From contig NC_134033.1 of the NCBI RefSeq assembly GCF_964204645.1, positions 10,920,655 to 10,984,654 on the forward strand: a stretch of 64,000 nt of DNA. The letters are read 5' to 3'. The notes beneath the pieces are model-generated. The model was not told the DNA's origin, made no database searches, and saw only the letters and a program-made list of their open reading frames with translations. The DNA is from Tubulanus polymorphus. Lineage: Eukaryota > Animalia > Nemertea. Positions 1-12,691 of this stretch are shown one piece after another. The first letter of the stretch is position 1, and every line of letters starts with the position of its first letter. Made by a program: the position numbers and the translations under genes.

Positions 1-102
1 CCTTAGTGTTATATTAGGAACCGCGGCTGATGCTTTTTCAAAATACGCTTTCGTTGTTGAGATTTTTATACACGTGGACCTCGTCTAATCGACTTTGATA
101 AG
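1..102 (+). promoter_or_regulatory. Candidate distal non-coding exon
   Basis: Donor GATAAG|GTAAGAG at 103, nearly identical to the real donor at 37257, followed by CpG-rich sequence (about 150-300). TTAGT at 3-7. Confidence 0.3.
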
Positions 103-2284
103 GTAAGAGAGAAAACGCTTTTTTTTTCATTCTGAATATTTCAATTCTTCGCAGTCGTCATCGAGTTTTTCTCGATGATCCGTCTCGGTCGTCTCGGCGC
201 GATCTCGTCTCTGTCCGTAACTACGAGAGTCATTGGCGCAATCGTAGACGACTTCGGGTTGTCTGGCCGGTCTTAGAATTCTGAAATTGCGAGGTTCATT
301 GGCCTGAACCTTTTTTCGCTCATAATTTATCAGTAAAATCAGCTACCGAATCTTGTCTGTCATTATTATTAGTTTGATCTCATATTTTTCGTACATTGAG
401 AAAATTTGCTTCATTTGTTGCATGTTAAAACCAAATTCCGAAAACCTGTCTACACCAAAAACCTTGCTAGGATTCTTATTGCCTTATTATTTTATTTAAG
501 TTGTTCTGTGGGCCGATTTCATGGACCAGCAACTTAAATCCTAGGGTTTAAATAAATAAAACTTAAATTTTAAGTTGAAACTTTGGACTGAAATGAAATC
601 TGGTGTATGATAGTTATTTCTGTCCCGATATGAAGTAAGTAATTTAGATTTTTGTGGTTAGAAGCGAATTTATAAATCGTCGAAGAGTTTTAGAGAATTG
701 TGTTGTTTTTAAATCCCGGGCAAACGCTGCATAATTTCATTACTGTTGAGTTAATCTAATTCCAATCATCGTGAGAATCATTAATTTGTGAACTATGAAA
801 TGATTTTTTCCTCAGTTATTGCCATTAATCCGGTCCAAACTGCACATATTTATTACTGCATTCTTTTCTACCAGGATCAAAAATCGATTGTCTAGGGTTT
901 TGTTGAGGATGATTTTTTCCTGATGTTGTTTTACCCGAGAATATGACAATGTTTTTTTCCGGTTGCCAAGGCAACTTGATTTCCCGCAATTTTCAGCTTT
1001 TTTCACGTTTTTTTGCGAATATTTGCAGTCCGTGACATTACAAAAATTTTCATTCAAATTCGAATTTAAAAGAATTTTAAAAGAGTCTAAACTCAACGTT
1101 ATTTTCAAGTTTAGGTTTAGAAGTTATAGCGGTGAAACCAGAAATTTAGAATGTTTTAAGATAGAGTATTGGGGTAGAAATGATGATAATTATATATATT
1201 GTGATGCTTTCATTTTTCGAGACAGTACACGATAAAATATTTTCTCAAAAATCTGATAGTTCATTAGTGTCATATTTTCTAAAATTAAGGATTAGATTTA
1301 AAGTTAGGACTAGAAAAAGATGGAATGACTCATTTTTGTGGTATACGCGCTAATTTTGCTTAAATCTGGAGTAAGAAAATCAGTTTCTGTAATTAATTGT
1401 TTTGCTGTGAAGGTTTTTTACAGAAAGTTGGAAAAACTAAAAATATTTGGATTTTAATTTCAGGGAATTGCTAGTCGAGTTAGAAAAATAGCTGAAGGAA
1501 AACTTGTTATCTTTATATATAATAAATCCTAAATTGATAGGACATTTTTAAGAGCGACTACAGATATTGAAAATAACAGTTATTTCATCAGTTTTCATTC
1601 ATGATGCTAAAGCCTATCATTAATCTTTATTTTTAAGTCATTCCTAAACGGTTTTTTTTTCTTTATTCGTTAAAAATGCATCATTCATCATCGCCGATTG
1701 TTACTATATATCGAACGTGAGAAATTAAATGCCCTTCGTATATTCGAAAATAACTTGATTTATTTCTACCGGTTTCATTTTGGAACGAACTATCGTAATA
1801 AAGTTAGGAGCAGCGCAAACAGTGAATGAGAAAAATCTTTGATATTTATGAAATGTCAGACGAATATAGTTCAGGGGTTTATTATGTATATTTGGTGAGA
1901 TAGCAAAAAAATGAATTTCCTTCGATTAATCTTTTTTTTCAAAATTATGCACAATTGACGACTATTGTCGGACATAACAAGCGTTATTGAACGTCACTGT
2001 TTATTAAAGATATTCTCAAGGGAACCGTTTCATTTTGCGAATATTTTAGAAAATGAACTTCCAGAAATAGATCTTTCATTCGATCTAAACGCTTGCGGAA
2101 TGACGTTCTTAAATAAGGCGTCAGCGTTTTTTCAACCTAGCTGATAAATCATTCAACCAGAACCTTTCAGTGTCATCCGTAGATAATTCTTTGTGTGAAG
2201 CCGTGGTTTGGTTTTGATACATGTATCCAATAGGATAATATATTCATGAATACTTATATCAAGATATTATATTTTGTAATTATA

Positions 2285-2415
<131 letters not shown>

Positions 2416-5269
2416 GTGACAAATAAACAATATTATTAGGGATGGCTCCAGTTTAGACTTATACTAAGCTTCATCGAAGGTATCCTAAGCCCGCAGCAGC
2501 TACCTTTTAAAAAAGCAATTTGGAACGTTCATTTTTTAGTCGAAGTTTTCTTGCCCTTTCTACACGAATGAGGTTTGTATAAAAATGTGTGTTTTACTTC
2601 AAAAGATAAAAGCAATATTTTACAGTTATAGTTCTTGTTATTAATCTAAACATTTACAACGTAAGGCAAACACATTACTAGCCTTGATTCAGTATTATAC
2701 CATCAGTTACAGTAGAGATAACCCTACGTCGTGGAAAGATCTACCGTAGGAACCCTAAATTCTGTGAGCGATCTTCCCCGAAATCATCGATTTGCGCATT
2801 AAAACTAAAACTAAAGACCACAACTTATTTCATCGACCTATTTGAACTATTAAGTCTCGTGGGATATATCTCTAGCCTTCGTCTAATCAAAGAAGGACAA
2901 GATCTTCAATTTCTCCGAATGAGATGTGATACTTAGAATGTATGTTCATATTTTATTACAAATTCTAGCTATGTGGAGAAATTTGAGCCCAGAAGGATCT
3001 GGTCTCACCATCCTATCTCTCTCAATCTCAATGAAAAACATAAAGTGTTCAGTTGACTGTTTATGAAACCGAACACCAATATGTATTACAGTAGTACAGG
3101 GTTTAGATGATAAACGAGATTTTATGTTTGGTAATATTTTGGTCCCGATTATTGGGCAGAAATAGTATAATGAAATGATTCATTGCTCAAAACGGAGATT
3201 TTTAATTGTTGCTCTGACTCATCCGTCCTGCCTCTGATTTTAATACTGACTACTATTACTGACTTGGTAATATTTCGCTGGGTTGTTACGACCGCGTACC
3301 AAATTATCGATATAAGGGTAAATTGAAAGTCTTTCCGAAATCCTTTGTGAAAGTAATCGACTCGAGCAGTAGGTACTGCTACGTATGAGTGCCTGTAAGT
3401 TTTTGATTGTGTCTAGTTATTATACAAGGCATAGTTTGGCCACTAAAACATATGAAAGTATAAGAATATCGAGTGAAAAGAGGCAAGTTATAAAAATCTG
3501 CTACACATGTGCATGTCTGATGCGTGTCTAACCGATTTAACTATAGATCACATAATTTTGCTCCAGTTGTTTTGTCAAAAGACTCGATACTAGGTAACCC
3601 CATTTGTGGATTTCCCCGATTTAAACCCGGACATATTTTGGTTAATCACAATGGAACGGGATTCCATTGTTCTGATCGCTTTATGACTGATGTCAGAAGA
3701 AAATCTGCTCATATTAGGAAAAATACTTCACACATGTTTTTTTAAGGAGAGAGTTTAAAGTTGTTCCTCCGATCTATATCTATATCCTCTGATATACGTA
3801 TATCAAATATGATGAAAACGATGAGGTTAAGGTTAATTCATGATTCGATAGTTTGATTTCAACTCCGTTAGACCTAGTCATGGTATACCTAGTTCAGGCA
3901 GATTCCTGAGGATAAAATTTGATCTGACACCTGCGCAACTGGTTTACATAACGGTGGCATAATAACATACTATTTCGACCAAAAACAAGTGTGTGATATA
4001 ATTATTCAAAAGCACATTTTGTGTTAAGGTTTTTCAGTCTATATTTATGAGGTAAATATGTTCGGTCTATCATTAAGCCTTGTATTGTATTATATGTACT
4101 TTATTACACAGTCACGTTTGTAATTTATGATCTTCTGTCGCCCGGTTTTATCAGTAGCATTCGACATACACCCCAGATAATTTTAAGAAAACTGTTGTTA
4201 TATAGAATAGATTCAGATAATATCTATTACTGTTGGTATCGAGTAGTCTGGTAGATTGTGCAATGGAAAATTGTTAAAAAAGGCTAAAGTCAAAAACAGG
4301 AAGTCAAACGAGATATCACGCACGGGGCCCATGGGTTTTTGGACTTCACTCTAAAATCAAATTCAACTGAGTCTGTCAAAGCCGGGTTCAGCGATGTATG
4401 TTATATCCTATGATATATTATAATATAGGCCTACAGATATATGTATATATTTATGAATAATTGAGCAATTAAGATCCAGCCCAATGAAACAAGCGAGTAA
4501 CTAATCATGTCATGCTATATGTATATATATTATGTAAGTTTATTTAGTTAGCCGGTTGGTGACAAAGAGTTTTTTGAATCACATGGACTCTATCACAGTA
4601 TCATCGGTGGTATTAATGTAGCTAAATAGGTATGATTAATTACTGAAGCAGAAATAGATCTGGGTTAGTTGTTGATAATGGCAATTTTTGTCACAGGTTT
4701 CATGATGTGACGTAGCTCCCGTTGTAGTGATTTAGAGATAGCTCTTGATCGGAGATTTTTTTTTACAGGTTCATACATAACTGAACTTTTTTGTCACGAG
4801 TTTCTGAGTCGAGTTTTACATCATAATTATTGACTGTTGGAACTATGGGTCCGTCCGAGCCTTATGCCTTACCCCTTGGAAATGAAGAACAATAGTGAAC
4901 CGATAACTGTGGAATAATGCGCCCAAACTGGGCTGACTGTCGTTTTGCAGATATATTTTGTACATTTTTATGATACTTTGTAATTAGGTATATGCTTATA
5001 GGCCGTTCTGGTGAAATAAATCTGTGTCATAGCTGTAGATAGCTGTTATATGATAATTGGTGTATTTAGTGTTCGACTGGCAGCACTTCCAGTCTCATAT
5101 TGAAATATATAAATCTAGTTTTTTGTTCGTGTCTGCGGCCGCGGCCACCATTGTCGTCATCAGGGACCTATATTTTTGAAGACATATAAGATTTTATTGT
5201 TAGTTATTATGCAACCAGTTATTCGTACGTTGAATCGGATATGTACACCGATTTTTATTTTTATTTCGA

Positions 5270-5480
5270 CTGTCTGGCGTGACATTTTTGCCGTAGCCAA
5301 GCGGGCATGCGCGCGCTCGCGCTCAAACTGAGTCATCGATTTTCGCGATAAAATCGCCGGGTACGCCGCGGCGCCCCTTGTGGCGCCATCTCGGCGTTTA
5401 GTCATTTCTGTGAGTAAGTCCCGCGCGGTCGGAGTGCAAACGTTTAAACGACAGATCGGGTTCGATTCAAATTTGTGCGA
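5270..5480 (+). promoter_or_regulatory. CpG-rich island, candidate alternative promoter with tandem 5' splice sites
   Basis: GC/CpG far above the AT-rich background. TTAGTC at 5398-5403 is followed by overlapping donors GTGAGT (5410) and GTAAGT (5414). A GTGGCGCCATCT CTCF/YY1-like motif lies just upstream. Confidence 0.4.
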
Positions 5481-5771
5481 TCGTGAAAAATCAACCAATA
5501 TTTTTTCGATTTGTGTGACACATCTCGACACCCACAATCAGCCGCGGGCTGCATCTACTGTTTAATATCTGTATCAAAGTATTTCAATTACATCTAATGA
5601 AATGACGAATAGCAAAACAAGACTTAAGAATTTTAGCATTATTCGTGGGCAGGTAACCACTGCCTTTCGCTAAATGTCCAAATAAGACTTTGCCCAGTTC
5701 TAATATGGGAAATCTTGAAGCTGAAAAGGAAGGAATACTGGTCTGAAATATTGTTTTATTGGGCTTTCGGA

Positions 5772-6050
5772 GAGATGCAGTGGCCGAGTATTCGAGCCAC
5801 ACTCATCTCGTCAATCCATGGTTCATGGGTTCGAATCCTGGTGGCGACAGAGTTTCTTATCGGAAGATTCTTCTCTGGTCTCTCTCTCCCCTTTCCATAA
5901 AAACGAAATATCAGATCCGGTAACGAAGCCGTGCGTGCGCTCAGTATGTGGGTGACAGGAAGATAGAGAGGAAAGCAGACCTCTGCATAAACTATATGTG
6001 ACAGCTTCACTCTTCCACTGGCAGAATCTCAAACTTATCACTGTTTCCAA
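5772..6050 (+). mobile_element. tRNA-derived SINE-like element
   Basis: A-box-like TGGCCGAGT (from 5781) and perfect B-box GGTTCGAATCC (5828-5838), but no complete cloverleaf. The 3' boundary is uncertain. Confidence 0.6.
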
Positions 6051-6085
6051 TACCGGTCACATATTTTTGGCTAGTGTCAGATGAC

Positions 6086-6315
6086 CAGGGGTGGATCCCG
6101 GATTTTCGAACTGGGAGTGCTCTGCTGCTGGTCATCCCCTAGTAAATCATCCCCCCAAGCCTCAAAGAACAGCCCTGTTTGAACATCTGTGTTTATATGT
6201 ATGGTACATTTTGTTTGAAATATAGTGTAGAAAAACTGAAAATAAATGATTTAAAGGAAATTTACCAAAAGGCACAATGCCCCATCACCCTACCCCGCCA
6301 TCGGATCTGTGCCTG
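6086..6315. mobile_element. Degenerate MITE with CAGGGGTGGATCC / GGATCTGTGCCTG-type termini
   Basis: Imperfect terminal inverted repeats. A related end (CTGGATCTGCCCTTG) lies near 14005-14019. Confidence 0.4.
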
Positions 6316-6370
6316 AAGACCATCCAGTTTAACTGGTGATATGGATAGGAAATGGTAAAGAACATGTGCA

Positions 6371-6416
6371 CTGGCTGCTGGTGCTGCTGCTGCTGCTGCT
6401 GCGGCGGCGGCGGCTG
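6371..6416 (+). repeat. Compound (CTG)6(CGG)4 trinucleotide repeat
   Basis: ctggctgctggtgctgctgctgctgctgctgcggcggcggcggctg. Confidence 0.9.
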
Positions 6417-7683
6417 TGATTTTTTTTGTTGTTACATTCCGATTATGTAAGTCATGATTCTGTATAACTAGGGTAGCCGGCTGTTAGTATTAACGCTAAA
6501 ATTAGCAATCATCTCTGTAGAATGCGAGTCGGTAACCCTCGCTATGTCTGTGTGCGTTTTCATTTTTACGAATCTTGGTGGGAAATTTTTTCACGCAGAC
6601 ACAATATCCACAATATCCACTGTATCCACAATATCCACAATATCCGTATTAACATTCAGCTAAATACTAGAAATAGTAGCCTTCATCAGTGAAATTTTAG
6701 TGATCAGTTCGACCGAACAGGATTATCTCTAGTCGATCAGTAGATTTGCTTTAGACATTTTGATTGTGTTTTTTTATGTGTTTTTTTTTAAATGTAACAT
6801 TAGCAAAATTTATCAGTGGATGAATCTTTCTCAGGAGTATCGGTTTTTGTTTCATTGTAAGCTAATTATTCCATCAGTCCTGACGCGAGGATAGACCACT
6901 TCCTACCATCATCTTTGTTTCAGCTTCCACCCACATTTATATCCTTCTTTCCGTATTTATTTCTTTATGATTCAATGTTTGAACATTAGACACTTGTTCG
7001 TTGATACGTGAGATTTTGAGGGCTCAATTTATTGTTCCGGTTTCTTGATAGGTCTATATCTGAAATTTATTTTACCAGGGGCTGCAGTTACTCAAAAGTT
7101 GTTTACTGTTAACCAGTGGATAGTTGACATATAAAAAATTAAAAGTTCATTGTTACTATGGCATTTATCCGCCGGTTTTCTCTTGAGCAACTGACCCCGT
7201 GTGTAAAGAGAAAATATTACTAACCCCCTTTTAAGATGTAAGTAACTCAGGTGAGGAAATGTAGAAAGCATTATTACGGAGGGTTTCAATCTGTTGATTC
7301 ATTTAGCAACATTATTTTTGTCACATACGATTAGTTCGCATAGCCCTTGATGTACATGGCTCCCAGAAAGAAACTTTCTGATACCTATCTATAAAATCTT
7401 CCCTACACTGATTCGCTTGAGGTATAGATACCCTTTTTCCTTAGATAATAAGTCGAATTTGCAGCGAATATCAAACCAGTTTCACTCTTTAATTACCGTA
7501 GCCTGTATTTTCTGTTTTTCCCTGGAGGGAAAACGAAAAAAAAAAACGACATTTCATTCAGCATTTTTATACCGGGTGATACTTTATTCCCCGAGGTCAA
7601 GTTTCATATGAAAAAAAGATCTGTATCAATTCCATTTACATGAAACTAAATCCACAATCTTAAGAAATTCAGCTGTGTTTTAT

Positions 7684-7718
7684 CTTGGAGTAATCATTTG
7701 ACAAATGATTACTCCAAG
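7684..7718. repeat. Perfect 17-bp palindrome with 1-nt spacer
   Basis: CTTGGAGTAATCATTTG-A-CAAATGATTACTCCAAG. Confidence 0.95.
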
Positions 7719-8004
7719 GTTTTATGGACAGTCTCAAACAATGATGAGAGAAGAATGATTTTAAAATGACCGGTCACTAATTGTTTATTATGTGTGTCAG
7801 TGTATCTACTCTGATATCACAACATGGAAACACAGTGATGCAGTTTCATAGACTAACCCTAAAGACTGGCTGGCCTCTGACCTGGAAAACCTGGAAAATA
7901 TAGGAAATCAGAAAAAGACCTAGAAAAAACAAGATGTACAAAATCTACCAAAAACCTGGAGAATTTGGATAATGCTGTTCACCGCTTGTGTCTATATCAA
8001 TATG

Positions 8005-8220
8005 TGAGGAGAGAATCCCACAATGATAATAAAAAGTCCGAAAATGAAACTTCGAGATAGTAGTTTATTTCAACGTTTCGACTATATCCTAATAGTCATC
8101 TTCAGGAATAATGATAGGCTAATGATAGACTATTAGGATATAGTCGAAACGTTGAAATAAACTACTATCTCGAAGTTTCATTTTCGGACTTTTTATTATC
8201 ATTGTGGGATTCTCTCCTCA
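8005..8220. mobile_element. Perfect 93-bp inverted repeat with 30-nt spacer; probable Penelope-like element (inverted pLTR) remnant
   Basis: 8005-8097 is the exact reverse complement of 8128-8220. It carries a minimal hammerhead motif of the type described in Penelope pLTRs, and a short 3' extension follows the right arm. Confidence 0.65.
8065..8111 (-). ncRNA. Minimal type I hammerhead ribozyme motif
   Basis: The minus strand reads UUAUUC-CUGAAGA-U-GACUAU-uaggau-AUAGUC-GAAA-CGUU-GAAAUAA. This gives the CUGANGA and GAAA cores, a 6-bp helix II, a palindromic ACGU helix III and a bulged helix I. Confidence 0.65.
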
Positions 8221-9482
8221 TCGCGTCAACACGGATATTGTGTTTACCTATCGTGATATCAGTATGTGATTCAATTAAAATTGATGAATTGTAACATTTT
8301 AAACCTAGACATTTTTCACGGAGATAATCATATGGAAAAATCATCAGGAAAAACTCAGGGGATTTGTAAATGGGTGGAAAATGAGGGTGTTGGCTTTATG
8401 TGATAGTTAGTGTAATGGTGTCTGCTGTGACCCGTGTAAATGGTGTCTGCTGTGACCCGTGTAAATGGTGTATTCTGATTAATTACGTTAATTATAAAGA
8501 AATATTTATAATGTAATTTATATAGAATACATGTGATAATGATTACTGTATCATCAGAATGTGTCTGCTTAATACCTGACCTAACTAACAGTAATACTGT
8601 GACACTGGAATACACACTAATCAACCCATATGAAAATAGAGAGATCTTCTTCCTATTTTCACAGACTGTAAATATGTAGGTTAGGTTTAGTTTTTCCATT
8701 GAGTTTGTTTTTGTTATCAGTGATCTGTTAGAATGAATAAATAGCCATCATCATCATACCTCCTGCTGTGAGAGCTGTTCTATTTTTAGTAACTGATCGA
8801 TCAATACTATAAAATGATATTTACGTAACACAAATTCAGCTTGAATTTGATTCAGTTTTCTACAGTTGTGTTGGTCGATAGTTTATACGTCCATGGTTAA
8901 TCTGACTTTGGATCCAGTTCCACAGTTATCTGACTCCGTATTCAGAATCTACAGTTCGTATTCTTTGGATCCAGTTGTCGGTTGACTCTCTCAGTCCTGT
9001 TCCATTGTTGCACTCATTCGTAAATATGAATAAAATTTAGCTTGTAGAATTACTCACGTCTTCCTGCATGGACTTATCCTAGCTCCAGAAAAAAAACAAA
9101 ACTTTCATCTCATTACCGTGACAACCAGCGGTTCTCTATGTGTATTACGTATTCTTATCGAGACGACCTTTTCTTCAAGCGGATCAGAAATGAGGCTATC
9201 GCCATGCCGATCATGATCCGGCTGAATTGCCTCGAGATTTCTGTTTCAACAGGTCTTCGTCGTCGCAGTGCTGTAAAAATGTGTTTTCGATATCGATGGA
9301 CGTTAAAATGGGAACTGTCGGACTGTGTTGAGGGACGCGGGGTTGTGTCGTTCCCAGTGAAGTGCGCTCATTGAGTATTCCAGACAGATCGGTACGGATG
9401 ACAAGTGGTCATCGCGATGATACGACAAAGTAATGTCCGGCTCTCATTTCATCATTGACATATCGTCAATATCCGATACATG

Positions 9483-9510
9483 TATATATATCCGATATAT
9501 ATATATATAC

Positions 9511-9558
<48 letters not shown>

Positions 9559-9566
9559 ATATATAT
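9483..9566. repeat. Imperfect (TA)n/(TG)n microsatellite
   Basis: Seen directly. Confidence 0.9.
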
Positions 9567-9769
9567 TGTTGAGCATTGATTGCTCTGCTGTTCGTTGGGG
9601 TTTTTCATTTGCCCGCACTGTCTGCCCCCGCACTGTCCGCCCGCCCTGACTGCCCGCACTGTCCGCCCGCACTGTCTGCCATTGTGTGTCTCTTCTCTAC
9701 CCCAAAACAGAATTCAATAGTGGGTGAACTAAAAATCGAAACGCTGAAACACCGAATTGATTTCTTGTT

Positions 9770-9913
9770 CAGGGGCCGGTTGCATAGTCATGGCTTAGAC
9801 TTAAGACCAGTCTAAGACCAACTTAGTTCTATAGCCAATCCAATAATTTAAGACCAGTCTTAAGATTTAAGACCGCTTTTGGACTTAAGTCACGACTGTG
9901 CAACTGGCCCCTG
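9770..9913 (+). mobile_element. MITE family A, copy 1 (PIF/Harbinger-like)
   Basis: TIRs CAGGGGCCGGTTGCATAGTC / GACTGTGCAACTGGCCCCTG with internal TAAGACC repeats. Homologous to 48320-48463 in opposite orientation. Confidence 0.8.
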
Positions 9914-9997
9914 ATGTTTATCTTGCAGTGCTTTTTAGATACGACTTAATGAAACTTATAAACATTAACAGGCAAAACTGCATTTTGAATACATTAT

Positions 9998-10212
9998 AGG
10001 CTAAAAAGATGATACCTTGTTTCTTATTTCTGCTGAGCTTAAAAGTTGATCAGGCCACCTATCTACCCTGTACATTACCTTTTTTAAAATCATGATCAAG
10101 CTAACAACAACAGACCCAGCAGCTATAGTAATGAATTGATTATATATTTTATTGCGATTTACAAAAATGACCCCCGGCCGATCGTGAACACCAAAGTATT
10201 ATTTTCAGCCCT
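9998..10212 (+). mobile_element. MITE family C, degenerate copy
   Basis: GATACCTTGTTTCTTATTTCTGCTGAGCTTAAAAGTTGA matches 36280-36319 with two substitutions. Confidence 0.6.
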
Positions 10213-12596
10213 ATGTAATATGATGGGTTGAGAGGGTTAATGTTAATGGAAAAAATATACTCAGACAACTCGCCGGTAACACAACCTGACGACATTTCTC
10301 ATGAACGATCACGGGGCACTTACTTCTCAATCACAATTGTCTGCATTTCTATTTGATCGAGTGTCGAAATAAAAAAAAAGTCAAATTCACCGTTTTATTT
10401 TATGTTTGCGTATGTAGGTATATTTATTTCTGCACATATTTATTCCGATATCGGTCAGGTTTTATAAGGCTATATGAGGAACCTTAAGAAATTTGTGACG
10501 ACTGGATTGAAAAAAAAAATTAAAAAAAAAAAAAATTTTTGTCTAGTCTCGAGTAGGTCTTTTACCCAAGGCACGACGAACCGAAGAAAAGAAACGCGAA
10601 CAAACTTTTTAGCCTTTTTCGCTTGAGAAAGTAAAGATCAATGAAGCATTGTGATAGTTTTCTGTAGCGAAATCTTCAATCGAATTGTGAACTGTTTTTT
10701 GTTCAATAATTTTTTTGTGCGCAATCTGGGTAGTCATTTGGATTTGGAAAGTTTTCAGAGTGTAGATTTGATAGAATAATTACTTCTTCAGCTCTTCAAT
10801 AAATAGTTTATTTCATAAACCTTGCGTAAGTTGGATCAATGTGTTGTTTTCTATTACTTGAAACAATGAAGTCAAATCAAATTGTAATCAGTGTTTGACT
10901 TTATTATTAGGAGCCGACAATGAAATGAAAGTTTATGTATCTCGAAGCTGACGTTGATTTATGTTACTCCGAAATTAGACAATAATTGGACGTTATCTTA
11001 ATGTTACCGATTTACGGCAGTATTTTTACGGATTTTTTTCTTGCTTTATTGTCGGCAATTTTGTGAATTTGTTTTCCCTTCAAATTGAAAGTGTTGATTT
11101 TGGTGTGTGAAGATTTATTTACCGTTGACGCAAATTGCGTTGGAAATGAAAATGTACAATTTGGATGAAATGATTGTAGATTTGTTTTACCTGGTCGTTT
11201 ACTCCTAAAACACATATATACGTTGCGATGTTTAGTTCACCTGTTAATGCACGTGATGAAACGAGAAACATAATGAAACGAACTTACAGCGCCACTGATG
11301 ATGGAGGGAGATGTAATGATAACAAAGAGGTGTTGATTTTAAACTGTCATAAGATTCACTGGTTGTCACTGATTGGGTATTGTGTACGTTTCTTGTTTCT
11401 GGCTATCTCGTACTCTAGCAATCGGAGCATTGTTTGTCATCGAATATCTCTAGGCATCGAACATGACAATGTAATTTAATTTTCAAATGGATTTTGCAGT
11501 CAGAAGTGGAGTCAGAAGTGAGAGAGTGAATAGTTTAAACTCGGTGATCTCGATGATGATGTTCTGTCTCTGGGGTTCAATAACACAACTCTCTGTGCAA
11601 TCAACCCAATCAATGTTATGTGCAAAATAAAATGTTTGTCTAGCCGCCAGATTCATGTCTAATAATTTTTTTTTAAACATGGATGAAAAGTGCCAGGGTC
11701 TTGTACATTTAATCTGGCTTAGACTTTGTAGCAAGACTGGTCATTTTGGTTCTGTAGCTAATCTAGCGAAATAAAGACGCCCGCACATTTTGAGCTGTGC
11801 TAAGTTTGTACGCGTTTAGCCCAGACAGGATTGAAGGCAAAATTATGACAAAGGCAAAATTATAATTTTATTAATTCATGTAACCCAATATCATACAGGC
11901 AGTGATTGTAATGTTATAGATCAACGATATTCTTTCTGAAATCGATATGCTAGATGCTATCATCAGTTTTTATGCACAATGAATACAGCACTCGTAAGCG
12001 GAGGGGGCTTAAGACCAGTTGAAATCGTAATCATTTATTTCTAAACTAGGATCGTGCAATTCCACTCTGATAGGTGAACGCATGGTTAGGGTTAGAACTG
12101 GAAAAACTGCTTTGAAAATACAGCCCTATATCATTAGAGAATATCCACCACGAGACAATAATGATTCATATCGGATGTAATCAACAGATGTTTCAAAAAA
12201 ACCTTATAGAACAAAACAAAAATCAATAGACTACAAATTTCGCTCTCATTGTCTGTGGGTATCATGGTATATTCATACACCACACTTGGGCCTCATTGTG
12301 AGCATGGGATCAACTTATATATTGATACATATATAAAACATCTGGTTTGACAGATCAGACTTTTCTGTCTCTGATCAGTTCAATTGTAGACAATAGAATC
12401 ATTCTTTATTGCTGGATAAAGTATAATTCGTAATATTCACAGAGACAGTTCGCTCAGCCAGGTGGTCCCCGCACTATAGAAACATACAGTCTTCAGCTTT
12501 CAGCATAAACTATAGATGTTCTGCAAGAGGTAAATGAAAAAGACGAGTTCTTAATTGTTTTTACTGATGCACACTTTGATCTGGATTTCTAGATGG

Positions 12597-12691
12597 CTGG
12601 GTCCTGTTCCATAGTCATAGCTTCCACCTAGGACCAGGATACGTAAATCTATGATCAGTCTTTAGAGCCTGGACTATGGAACCGGCCCCAG
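12597..12691. mobile_element. Short MITE with family-A-like termini
   Basis: CTGGGTCCTGTTCCATAGTC ... GACTATGGAACCGGCCCCAG inverted termini. Confidence 0.55.

Noticed and set aside
5772-5850. tRNA gene
   Set aside because: A B-box is present, but no acceptor or anticodon stems can be folded; treated as a SINE head.
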